From the NCBI GenBank assembly GCA_001275005.1, contig JWZX01001884.1, forward strand, positions 1 through 34,617: a stretch of 34,617 nt of DNA. Direction: 5' to 3'. The position numbers and the translations under genes were made by a program. Below are positions 1 through 10,000 of the stretch, in pieces; position 1 is the first letter of the stretch; each line of letters opens with the position of its first letter. The notes beneath the pieces are model-generated. The model saw only the letters and a list, made by a program, of their open reading frames with translations. It was not told where the DNA came from and did not search any database. The DNA is from Chrysochromulina tobinii (taxonomy: Eukaryota).

Positions 1-2818
1 GCGGCGGCGGTGGCGGCGCTTCGTATAGCGGAGCTAGCGGCTGGGGCAACCGTTCAGGGCTGCGCTTGGGTTTGGGCTCGTCTCCCTCCTCCGCCTCGAC
101 GATGACCGACGCGACGGCGGCAGAGAAGGCGGAGAAGCCGAAGCTCAGGCTGGTCGCGAAGGCGCCCACTTGTTCACGCGCCGCGGCGGCGGCGGAGTTG
201 AGGGCCTCGGCAGCTGCCTCCGTCATCTCGGTCAGAGCGATGTCCCCATCGTCAAAGGCCGCGCCTCTGGGTTGGGGAGCGCCTTCCGCCATCTGCGCGG
301 GCTGCCACGTGGACGAACCGGCAGTTCCGCGCCGCACCATTGGCGGTGCTGCAGGCGGTGGTCCAGCAGGCGACGGCGGCGCTGGGGGCAGCGGCGGCGG
401 CGGAAGGCCGATGCCCTGCTGGACGAGGAGCTGTGCGCAGAGCAGTGCCTTGCGCCGCTTGCAGTGCTCGAGGAGCATCTCCGCGGGCGGCAGCTCCGGT
501 GGCGGCGGGATGCCCGGCGCCTCGCCCCCGACCACCTCAGTCGCCGGCTCGGTCGCCGGCGCCGGCGCTCGGGCGGCCTTGGCCTCGGCCGACACCGCGG
601 CAGGCGGCGGCGCATTCACATTCACACCGGCTGCAAGGAGCCGCAGCAGCTGCAGCGGTTGGTCTGCCTCGCACGCAGCGTACAAGGCCGCCGTGAGCGC
701 CTGCGCCAGCGCGTCCGGGGAGGCGTCGGCGACGAGCGTGCCGGCTGGGAGCAGACGGTGCTTGGGGACCACAAACTCCTTAAGCTCGTACTTGAGACGG
801 ATGAAGACCTCACGGTAGGTGCGCGGCCCTGGCCCGTCGGGCCCGTCCGAGGTCGCAGGTACGCGCACGCTCGCCGGCAGTGCGGGCTGCCAGACGCCAT
901 TCGGGCCGGCGGGCGGCGGCACGCTCGCAGCACCATCGGCAGCCGGTAGCGGCGGCGGCAGCGTGGCCGTGTGCAGGTGGCTGATGAGGTTCACGAGCGG
1001 CTCATCCATCGAATCAAGCACCAGGGAGCGCACCTTGCTCACGTGTACTCCCAGAGAGCGGTGGCAGCCCGCACATTCGAGACAGATGACCACGCCCAAA
1101 TTGATGCTGACCCATTCGGGCGCCGCCGCGCCGCAGTCCGCGCACTTGAGCCCGCTGCTCAGGAATTCTTCGAGAGCGGCTGAGCGATTCGTCGTCTTGC
1201 GCCCCGGTGCGGAGGGCGCTGCTCCAAAGGCGGCTGCCACGGCGGCGTTGATCGCGTCGGCCCAATCGGTCATCGTACGCTGCGAGAGCGCCTGCAGCTG
1301 GATGAGCTCATTCGGAGAGCGCAGCTCGAGATGGAATCCCGTCCCCTTGCGGATCGGCTTGACGTTGCACAGCACGAGCTGCAGCTCGGCCACCTTGAGC
1401 TTCTCCTTCTTGGTGGACAAGTCCTCACCGGCAGTGTGGCGCGAGGGCAGGCGATCGATGGTGAGCGTACCGTTGGCGATGACGCACCAGCACCGCTTCC
1501 ATTGGCGGAGGAGGCCCTGCTGCACGAAGAGGATGCCTTCCTTGACCGCCGCCTCGGACGGCGCGACCGCCGCGGGCGCGTCCGCGCCGGCGAGGAGCGG
1601 TGAGGTGAATGCCTGCAGCAGCGTACGCGGCACGGCCATCTCGGCGGGCGGCATCGAGAGCGACTCGACGAGCGCCTTCAGTGGGACGACCACCTCGCGG
1701 ATCTGGGCACGCACGTCCTCGAGCCCCTGGCCCGCCACCTCCGCCTGGCTCTGCATCGCCCGGATGGAGAGCTCATGGCGTTCGAGAATCTTCTGCTCCT
1801 GGAGCGTGCTCGCGAAGTTGGCGTAAAAGTAGTCGACCAAGGTCCGGGCGAGCGCAATGCGCGCGGCGCGCCGCGTCTCCAGCAGCCGTGCCTGGAACGT
1901 GTGACGTGTCTTGAGGAGTCCCAGCTGATGGCGCAGGACTGCCGCCTGAGTGTCGTGCAGGGTCGCCGAGCCAGAGCGAAGTTCTGCCATCGAGCTCGGG
2001 GTGCCCTGCGAGTCGCCCGCGCTCGAGGCCGCGTCGTCCGTCGAGGCGGAGAAGGAGCGGCCCTCGGCGCCGCCCACGGCCGGGGGGGCGGCGTCGGCGG
2101 GCGGCGGCGGCGGGGGTGGCGGCGCGCCCGTATCGCCGATGACTGCCGAGGAGAGCTCCTCGAGTGATTTGCCAAACTGGGCGTTGAGCTTCTTGCCGAA
2201 GATGGAGATGCCCGCGCCCAGGCGCGACTTGGCCGCGCTGAGCGCGGCGGCACCCGCCTGCGCGGTCGCCTTGGCCGTGGTCTTCGCATGCGCCCTGACC
2301 GCCATGGCCGACCGGTCGTCTTCGAGCGCAAGAAACTCATTGAGTGACTCGTAAAAGTCATGCGAGAGCGAGCTGTACGTAGAGGAGAGGCGTGGCAAGG
2401 AGGCGAGGCCGCGTGGGTCTTCGAGCATCGCCGTCAGCGGCTCGATGAGCAGCGAGGTGACCTGCCGGCATTGCATCGACTCCGCCACCTCCAACTGAGA
2501 AAAGATCTCTGCGAGACTGCTCGAGTTGAGGATGGGCGTCGAGCCCTCGGCGCTGGCCTCGGTGGCGGCCGCAACGCTAAGGTCCGCGTGCGCGAATGCT
2601 TCGCCGCCAGCCGCGGCGAGTGCGTCCCCGAGCTCCTTGCGCGCCAGCGTCGCCGCCTCCGATGCCTTGATCGACTTTTGCGCGAGCGCGAGGATTTTCT
2701 CCGCCGTGCGCTGCAGCGAGGCCGCCTCGCGCTCGGCGGAGGCGAGCGCCTCACGCAGCGCGGGGGTATCCGAGCCGCAGGTCGCCTCCCAGGTTTCGGA
2801 AGCGGTGAGAGGCTCCAT
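1..2818 (-). CDS. ACAP/centaurin-beta-like ArfGAP (BAR-PH-ArfGAP-ankyrin-like), 3'-partial, >=939 aa, no intron seen
   Basis: Manual minus-strand translation from ATG 2818 is open to the window edge. N-terminal '[16 protein letters not shown]' resembles the DSPxFR start of ACAP BAR domains. PH domain at ~1550-1240 ('[23 protein letters not shown]...WADAI'). ArfGAP zinc finger from 1144 ('[41 protein letters not shown]', CxxC-x16-CxxC-x4-R). Degenerate ankyrin 'LYAACEADQ...LLAAGVNVN' and a Pro-rich tail follow. Confidence 0.9.
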   Translation of the reverse strand, partial: MEPLTASETWEATCGSDTPALREALASAEREAASLQRTAEKILALAQKSIKASEAATLARKELGDALAAAGGEAFAHADLSVAAATEASAEGSTPILNSSSLAEIFSQLEVAESMQCRQVTSLLIEPLTAMLEDPRGLASLPRLSSTYSSLSHDFYESLNEFLALEDDRSAMAVRAHAKTTAKATAQAGAAALSAAKSRLGAGISIFGKKLNAQFGKSLEELSSAVIGDTGAPPPPPPPPADAAPPAVGGAEGRSFSASTDDAASSAGDSQGTPSSMAELRSGSATLHDTQAAVLRHQLGLLKTRHTFQARLLETRRAARIALARTLVDYFYANFASTLQEQKILERHELSIRAMQSQAEVAGQGLEDVRAQIREVVVPLKALVESLSMPPAEMAVPRTLLQAFTSPLLAGADAPAAVAPSEAAVKEGILFVQQGLLRQWKRCWCVIANGTLTIDRLPSRHTAGEDLSTKKEKLKVAELQLVLCNVKPIRKGTGFHLELRSPNELIQLQALSQRTMTDWADAINAAVAAAFGAAPSAPGRKTTNRSAALEEFLSSGLKCADCGAAAPEWVSINLGVVICLECAGCHRSLGVHVSKVRSLVLDSMDEPLVNLISHLHTATLPPPLPAADGAASVPPPAGPNGVWQPALPASVRVPATSDGPDGPGPRTYREVFIRLKYELKEFVVPKHRLLPAGTLVADASPDALAQALTAALYAACEADQPLQLLRLLAAGVNVNAPPPAAVSAEAKAARAPAPATEPATEVVGGEAPGIPPPPELPPAEMLLEHCKRRKALLCAQLLVQQGIGLPPPPLPPAPPSPAGPPPAAPPMVRRGTAGSSTWQPAQMAEGAPQPRGAAFDDGDIALTEMTEAAAEALNSAAAAAREQVGAFATSLSFGFSAFSAAVASVIVEAEEGDEPKPKRSPERLPQPLAPLYEAPPPPP

Positions 2819-2981
2819 CGCTGCGTGGGGAGCGCCGTCGACGTCAGGCGCGAAGGACGTCACCCGTGAAGGACGGGAAACTGTGAAGACGTGCGCTGTG
2901 TGAACACTCGGCCGCCCACAATGTACTGCAGACAGTTCGGTCCTACAGCTACAACACGAGCAAGCGTGCGTACTTGTATTC

Positions 2982-4004
2982 TCAACGCACCCTTGAGCCT
3001 TCATAATTTTGGTCCGTCCAAAGACCCTCAGCGCGTAAGGCCTGCTGCTTCTGTGCGTGGCCTCGGAATATGCTGTTGACGTGCACGATGACGGCGTCGC
3101 CCTTACAGCCGTGCTCAAAGTACGTGTGCCCGCTTGGGAAGCGCAGGTGCGGCAGCGACTGCAGGTGCACGGCGTTCGGCTCCCCATCGCTCTGGACGAG
3201 CAAATCGTGCAGCACACGTTGGTTGCGACTCGCCCCAAGGCGAATGAGTTCGCGCTCCCAGGACTTGATGAGCCCGATCGTGCGTGTGTTGCTGAGCACG
3301 CCCATGAAGCCCGCGTTGTGGTAATTGTGCGTGCGAAAGGGCCACAGGGCAGGTTTCTCCACCGGCATCCACATGTCGAACTCGGGAGAAAAGTGTTGCA
3401 GCGGGTCGGAGACCCAAAAGGCATCGACGTCGGCAAAGAGGAGGTTCTTGCCGACTGTCAGATGGCGCAGCATGTGCGTGGCGCGCGCCGCCATCATTTG
3501 CTTGTACGCAAGGCTGTTGAAGCCTGACTCGACGGTGGAGCTGTTGATGTGGCCGCGCTCGACGAGCACCAATGGCTCCGATGGGTACTTTTGCTGCAAA
3601 CGCTTCAAAGCTTTGTCGTCCTCGGCGACGACGAGCACTTCGTAGGGCAGCCCGAGCCTCTTGTACTGCGCGAACCACGCGTGGAAGAAATCGACGTAGC
3701 CGTCGTTGAGCGTGAGCATCACTGTGAAGCGCACAGCATTCGTGTCCAGGTGCTTGCTGATCGGCGATGGGCACACGCAAAAGTAGTACTGACCCCATTC
3801 GGTCCACGCCATACTCGAAAGCGCGTACAGTGCGAGCGCGGCACCAGCCGTGCTTGCATGCCGATGGCGCCATATCAATTTGCGGAACGCCACAGCGTAC
3901 TCTACCACCTGCTTGGCCACCATGGCCGCGCCACACCACGCCGCCGGAGGTGCGTCTTGGAGTGGCGCGTGAACGAGCCTGTAGAAAACCCACAGAGCAA
4001 GCAT
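2982..4004 (-). CDS. Nucleotide-diphospho-sugar transferase (GT77-like, type II membrane glycosyltransferase)
   Basis: Single ORF with an N-terminal hydrophobic segment, 'LVVAED', DxD motif '[10 protein letters not shown]', 'NAGFM', 'RFPSG' and 'IVHVN'. The true start codon is uncertain. Confidence 0.8.
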   Translation of the reverse strand: MLALWVFYRLVHAPLQDAPPAAWCGAAMVAKQVVEYAVAFRKLIWRHRHASTAGAALALYALSSMAWTEWGQYYFCVCPSPISKHLDTNAVRFTVMLTLNDGYVDFFHAWFAQYKRLGLPYEVLVVAEDDKALKRLQQKYPSEPLVLVERGHINSSTVESGFNSLAYKQMMAARATHMLRHLTVGKNLLFADVDAFWVSDPLQHFSPEFDMWMPVEKPALWPFRTHNYHNAGFMGVLSNTRTIGLIKSWERELIRLGASRNQRVLHDLLVQSDGEPNAVHLQSLPHLRFPSGHTYFEHGCKGDAVIVHVNSIFRGHAQKQQALRAEGLWTDQNYEGSRVR

Positions 4005-4202
4005 TGTCCCCAGGCGCGATGGTCACAGGATTCCAGTGAACAACGCGCGAGTGAGCAGCGTGACGTTCCTCGACGAAACTTGTGGCTGAATTTGAAACGA
4101 CGGGACGCCGTTTCGACGTTCGCATTCGAGCCTTCTTGGGCTTTCCACCGGGAAATTCAAGTGTGAAGAGTGTGTGTTCAAGAGTGTGTGATCTGGAGGA
4201 AG

Positions 4203-6206
4203 ATGCGTGCATCGTCGGCTGAGGAGACGGAGGAGGCGCCCACGGCGAAGGAGGCCAAGCACGAGGAGCAAATACGCGTGCGAGCGCGAGACGGAGAGGA
4301 GGTCACGTTGTCGCGCGACGCAGCCCGACTCATGGGCACCTTGAAGGATCTGATGGATCTCGCCACCTCCGAGGATGGCATCTATCCCTTGCCCACGATC
4401 ATGGCCTCGACGCTTCAGATGGTGTGCAAGCTGATGGACCCAGACTACACGTGGCCGAGCTCGGACGAGCATTCGGTCGTGCAGCTGATCCAGCTCATCG
4501 AGGACGCCCTCTATCTCGACGCCCCCGTGGTGGCGCTCAAGCACATCCAGCGCGAGATCGCCTCCCGACTCAACGGCAAGCGCGCCCCCGAACTCTGCGC
4601 GCTGATCGGCGCGGGTGGTGACTTTGGCAGCGCTGAGAAGCAAGCGCCGCCAAACGCCGAGCCGGCATTTGTACCGGAAGACGTTGAGGCGCCGCAGCAG
4701 CCGGCCAACTCCACGTTACCGCCCGAGCCGCTGCAGCAGCCCTCGTTCTCGGCGGACGCCATGGAGGCTGCTCTGGGCCTGGTGGACGTGGCCACGTTGG
4801 CCGAGCTCAAGGGCGTGACTCGATCGTGGCGGGCGCTGGCGCAACGTGTCCTCTGCTCGCGCCTGTGCCGCCGCGACGGCCAGCCAGTACCCACACGTCT
4901 GGATGAGATCACCGACCTTGACGTGGAGCAGCTGATCGAGGCCGGCCGGCCCGGGGACGCGGCCGTAGCGGGGCGGATGCTGCCTGGGCTTGCGCGCCTC
5001 CATGGCTACGGCTATGTGGTGGACGTGGCCGCTGTTCGGGCCGCGGATCTGCAAAACGGGGCTTGGGACACGCGCCGCCCTTCATTTCTACATGGGACAG
5101 CTAAGGATGCTCTCAAAAGGATGCATTGCATCTCAGGCGAAGGAGAGCCGCCGTTGGAACTGACGATCGCAGCTGTTGCCTGTGCGGGCTCGGGAATCGT
5201 TTGCGGTATCCCGGTGCAGCAAATGCGCGAGGGCGGCGTCACGGTGCTCAACTTGTCCAATAAGGGGCTCCAAGTGGCTGCAGCCATGCTCGTCGCCTAT
5301 CTCATCCCTGCTACGTCGGTGGTGCTCAAGAACTGCAACTTGCTCAAGAACAGCCTCGACGTTAAGTCGGCCACGATGCTCGCCAAGATCGGCGCGGAGA
5401 AGGGCATCATGCTCTCGGGCATGACGCGTGACCAGAGTTTGGCCTATTTCTCAGGCCAGAACCTCCGACCCGCCGACGCCATCCTCATCGCGTCTGACCT
5501 GAAGTTCATGGCGGTCCTGACCACCCTGGACTTGGACAGCAACAACATCGGCAACAACGGTGCCAAGGCGATCGCGGAGGCGCTGAAGGTCAACGGGGTC
5601 CTGACCGAGCTCAAGCTCTGGAGCAACAAGATCGGGGACGAGGGAGCCATCGCGATCGCGGAGGCGCTGAAGGTCAACGCGGTGATGACCACCCTCGACC
5701 TCGGAGGCAACAAGATCGGGGTTGAGGGTGCCATCGCGATCGCGGAGGCGCTGAAGGTCACGGCGATCTTGACCACCCTCTCCCTCTGGAACAACAGCAT
5801 CGGGGACGAGGGAGCCACCGCGATCGCGCAGGCGCTGAAAGTCAACGCGGTGGTGACCTCCCTCTTCCTCGGATACAACAAGATCGGGGACGAGGGAGCC
5901 ATCGTGATCGCGGAGGCGCTTAAGGTCAACGCGGTGGTGACCACCCTCTACCTCGGAGGCAACCGCATCGGGGTTGAGGGTGCCAAGGCGATCGCGGAGG
6001 CGCTGAAGGTCAACGCGGTCCTGACCAACTTGGACTTGTTCAACAACTCCATCGGTGCGGAGGGTGCCATCGCGATCGCCAAGGCGCTGAAGGTCAGCGC
6101 GGTCCTGACCAGACTGGACATCCAGGTCAATAACATGGGAGATGCAGGGGAAAAAGCGGTGCAAGATGCGGTGAAGGGCAGGAGTGGATTTGAGTTGAAG
6201 CTGTAG
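4203..6206 (+). CDS. Skp1/POZ + F-box-like + RI-type (NLRC3-like) leucine-rich-repeat protein
   Basis: First ATG in the ORF is at 4203. Skp1-like region 4272-4637 ('IRVRARDGEEVTL...PLPTI..STLQMV...LIQLIEDALYLD...IASRLNGKRAPEL..LIG..GDF'). F-box-like region 4746-4853 ('FSADAMEAALGLVDVATLAELKGVTRSWRALA'). About eight 28-aa LRRs ('LTTLDLxxNxIGDEGAxAIAEALKVN'). Confidence 0.85.
   Translation: MRASSAEETEEAPTAKEAKHEEQIRVRARDGEEVTLSRDAARLMGTLKDLMDLATSEDGIYPLPTIMASTLQMVCKLMDPDYTWPSSDEHSVVQLIQLIEDALYLDAPVVALKHIQREIASRLNGKRAPELCALIGAGGDFGSAEKQAPPNAEPAFVPEDVEAPQQPANSTLPPEPLQQPSFSADAMEAALGLVDVATLAELKGVTRSWRALAQRVLCSRLCRRDGQPVPTRLDEITDLDVEQLIEAGRPGDAAVAGRMLPGLARLHGYGYVVDVAAVRAADLQNGAWDTRRPSFLHGTAKDALKRMHCISGEGEPPLELTIAAVACAGSGIVCGIPVQQMREGGVTVLNLSNKGLQVAAAMLVAYLIPATSVVLKNCNLLKNSLDVKSATMLAKIGAEKGIMLSGMTRDQSLAYFSGQNLRPADAILIASDLKFMAVLTTLDLDSNNIGNNGAKAIAEALKVNGVLTELKLWSNKIGDEGAIAIAEALKVNAVMTTLDLGGNKIGVEGAIAIAEALKVTAILTTLSLWNNSIGDEGATAIAQALKVNAVVTSLFLGYNKIGDEGAIVIAEALKVNAVVTTLYLGGNRIGVEGAKAIAEALKVNAVLTNLDLFNNSIGAEGAIAIAKALKVSAVLTRLDIQVNNMGDAGEKAVQDAVKGRSGFELKL
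5510..6180 (+). repeat. 84-nt coding tandem repeat (28-aa LRR units), ~8 copies
   Basis: Near-identical 'atcgcggaggcgctgaaggtcaac' recurs every 84 nt. Confidence 0.9.
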
Positions 6207-7082
6207 ATTGTGCAAGCATGTGAACATGTGTGGATCGCTGTTTCGTGTTCTGTGAAGTTATTTCCTAATTTGGAAGCTGCCGGATTAGGCGTTTTCAATA
6301 GGGTGCTGAATTATTTTCCGAACGCGAGCGGACACCTTCTGACCTGTTAGGAAGCGAGCCTTCCAACGTACTCTGCAGCTCATGTCGAGCTCCACGACGA
6401 CGCCGGGGGCGCCCTCCGTGCCACCGCCAAGCCCGGACTTGCGATCGAGCTGATACGGCTTGCGCCCTAAGCCATGGCACGATCGCAGCCCGCGGCGCAC
6501 GGCCACGGCCTGCGGCGTACCAACCCGCCCTCCGCGCTCCGGGTAAAATTTGCCATGAAGGTGCGCAAGCGCGCACAGCAGCGCTAGAGCAGGCTACGCT
6601 TATGCGCATTGTCAAGCAAGTGCGTGCTACCCTCGGTGACGCACCCTGTCACTGTGGGCCGACTTTGTCACGCATGCCAACGCGTGCTACATGGACGCCA
6701 TCATACGGACGGGACCTTCCGTCGCGTTCGTATCCCGAGCCGTCGGACCTGACCTAGAAAGAACTCGGGCCAGAGCCGGACCCAAGGATCGGGGGCCCGC
6801 TCAGCCGTGATCTGTGATGTATCGGCTATCGCACCCAGTCCGCACTGGACGGGGCACGGGCGCATGGTCGAGCTCTTGGCGCGTAGAACGTACACGGAAG
6901 TACAGGGCTACATGCAGCCATGTCTACGTTCCTAAGTAGGATTCGGAGTCCGGCCCTCTCTCTTCGCCGGCTCCAGGGCCCCCTGGGGGTGTTTGTTGAT
7001 TTCAACATCCCTTTCGCAGATGCGCTGGCCGCTGCACAAAGAAGACCTAATTTGAGCTCTGCACCGCAGCTGATGCTATTTT

Positions 7083-10000
7083 TCAGCCACGGAGAGCTCT
7101 CGCCGCCGGCGCGTTTGGCTCCACACCAAACTGGGGCGGCCTGGCTCGCATCGACTTGGGCGGTTTCTCCTTGGCGGCGCCCCGCGGGGTGGACGGCTTC
7201 ATCTCCTTGTCCTTCTCTTTCGCGTGATCTTTAGTGTGATCAGGGGGAGCTGGAGGCTTGACGCCGCCGCGCTTGGTGGTGGCTCCGCCGCCTCCCGTCT
7301 CGTTGCTGGCACCCGCGGGCTTAGCGCTCAGTACGGCGCTGCTGATGCGGCTGCCACGCGGCGACGGCTCGTGCTGCGCCTGCGGCGCCTTGCGCGGGGA
7401 AACCTCGCGCCGCGTCTTCTTGCCCTTGCGCTGCCGGTCGGCCGGATCGGCGCCGTCTCGGGCACCCTCGTTCCGGCCACCCGCCGCGCTGCTGCTCGGC
7501 GCCGTACTGAGCGCCTCGTAGAGCTTGGGCGGCACGTTGAGAAGCGCCAGGATGGTGGTGACCTGATGAGGCACGCAATCAGCCTGAGGAGGGAGGCACT
7601 CAGCCTGAGGAGGGAGGCACTCAGCCTGAGGAGGACGGCACTCAGCCTGAGGAGGGAGGCACTCAGCCTGAGGAGGACGGCACTCAGCCTGAGGAGGGAG
7701 GCACTCAGCCTAATGAGGGAGGCACTCAGCCTGAGGAGGGCGGCACTCAGCCTAATGAGGGAGGCACTCAGCCTAATGAGGGAGGCACTCAGCCTGAGGA
7801 TGGTGGTGACCTGGTCCCTCAGCCACGAGGGCTCGGCACGGCGCGCGATGGCGAGGAAGGGTTCGGTGGCGTTCGCCAGGAGCATCCCCGCACGAGCGTC
7901 CGCGTCGTGCGCCAGATTAGAGAGCGTCGCGAGCGCCTGCCCGTGTGCCTCGCACCCGTCGTCACGCACGAGCTCGATCAGCGGCGCGAGAGCCCCAGCC
8001 TCCACCAGCCGCCGCTTGTGCTGCGCCGCCTCGGCGGTTTCGCCTTGGGTGAGCCCCCAGAGGGCGCAGCACGCGTGCTTCTGCGCGCTCGCACTGCCGA
8101 GCGAGAGCAGCGTCACGAGAGGCCCCACGCCTCCCACGTTGACAATCGCTCGCTTCGCGACACCCTTGTCCTTTGCAAGGTCGGCCAGCACGCCAGCAGC
8201 AAAGGCCTGCGCCTCCGCGCTCTCGTCACGGCTGAGCAGGGCCACGAGCGGCACGATGCCCCCTACCTTGACAATGGTCGCCTTGTTCTCGCCCTTGGAC
8301 CCGCCGAGGTGCCAGAGCGCCTCGGCCGCGTAACGCGCCGTCTCGAGCTTCTCCGAAGAGAGCAGGGCGACGAGCAGCGGCACGCCCCCCGCGCCCGCGA
8401 CGAGCTGCTGCCCCTTGGTGGTGGCCGCGATGCGCGAGAGGCACGCGCACGCATGCAGCTGCGCCTCGCGCTGCGCCGACGGGATGAGCATCTGGACCAG
8501 AGGCGGCGCGCCCCCCGCCCCGATCAGCGCCTCCTTGTTGGCGGCGAACTGGCTCAAGTGGAAGAGTACCTCCGCCACACGAGTCTGCAAACCGGACGCG
8601 TTGCGCCCATCGCCCAGCAGCCCGCACAGGGGCGCGATGGCTCCTTCGGCGGCGATGGCGGCGCAGTTGGCCGCCGATCGCCCCGCGAGCACCGCCAAGA
8701 TGCGAGTCGCCATGAGCGTGGCCGACGCGTTGCGCACGTGATGGAGGAGCGCCACGAGCGGCCTGACGACAGCATTCCGGTTGGCGTCGCTCGGCGCCCC
8801 GATGTGGATCAGAGCGTTCATTGCATGCCGTTGCGTCTCCTCATCCACACTGCCGAGCAGCAGCACAAGTGGGCCGATCGCGTCCAACGCGGGCCGCGCC
8901 AAGGCGAGCTGGTTCTCGGTGCAGTCGCGCACGAGGGCCTCGAGAGCGGCGGCGGCCCACTGTCGGCCCTGCTCAGTTCCCTCCGCGAGGACGCGGACAA
9001 GCGGGGCGAGACCCCCCGCCCGCGCGATGCCCAGCTGATTGTCTGCATTCGACGCGAGGTGCCACAGGGCGCGCGTCGGCGCATCCCACGAGGTGGTCGG
9101 CGCCGCCGACGCGCGCCCAGACTCGGCCGGTAACGCCGTCGCGGGCCGTTTGAGCATCTCGACGAGAGGCGCCAAACCGCCTTCCTCGGCGACTCGGATC
9201 TGGTTGATCACGTTCTGCTCCGCGAGTGCGCCGATCGCACCGGCCGCCCACCGGCGTGTGAACGCCTCCTCCACGCGCGCCTGCGCTGTCCCGGACGCTG
9301 TGCCCGGCACCGCGGACCCTTGCGCCGCCGGCGAGCCCGGCGCTGTCCCGGGCGCCGTCCCGGGCGCCGTCCCGGGCGCCGTCCCGGGCGGTGCGGGCGG
9401 CGGTGCGGGCGGCAGTGCGGGCGGCGGCACGATTTCCACTTGCGCAACGATGAGATGAGACGTCTTGATCAAGGAGCTGAGCATGGAGGACGCGCTATGG
9501 GTATGCCTGAGCTTGGTCCAGGCCGCCGAGGACGGAGGCATCGTGAGTGCCGGCCCCAAGCTGATCGGGATGACAGCCGCCGTCTCGAGCGCCATCTGCC
9601 TTGGGTGGAGCGTCGTCTCGAGCGCCTTCGTGGAGGGCTCCAGTCGACGCAGCACGGCGACCAACGGCTCGAACGCCCCTTCCTCGGCGATCATGTACTG
9701 CGTGTCGGCGTTGCCCATGCCAATGAATGCAAGGGCGCGCGCTGCCAGCGCTGACGGGCCGAGTATCGGCTCGTACAGCCATTGCACGAGCTGCGTGATC
9801 GCGCCCGCAGCCGCGATCTCGAGCTGCGTAGCATGCACCTTCGCCATGGCCTCGGCCCCGTCGCCGTCCGCTTGGGCCAAATTGGCGAGCGCGCTCGCGG
9901 CGTGCCGCTTGGCACCTGCACTCCCCATCGAGAGGAGCCGAACGAGAGGACGCACGCCGCCCGAGCGAACGATCGCCGCCTTGTTCTCGGCACGCACTGC

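Noticed and set aside
66..2903. Many long plus-strand ORFs here, and similar antisense or alternate-frame ORFs across the window (e.g. 13644-15158, 25921-27003)
   Set aside because: They are Ala/Arg/Ser-rich shadows of real genes on the opposite strand. High GC makes stop codons rare and they contain no domain motifs.
6295..7015. Possible MITE in the intergenic gap (GGGTGCTGAA... versus ...TTCAACATCCC) with a small hairpin near 6993-7007
   Set aside because: The inverted match is short and imperfect, there is no clear target-site duplication, and no second copy lies in the window.
7328..7810. 'LSASLLR' heptad repeat at the end of the 971-aa ORF, resembling a leucine zipper or LRR
   Set aside because: It is the translation of the 21-nt intronic repeat. 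Splicing 7563-7810 gives a more plausible C-terminus.
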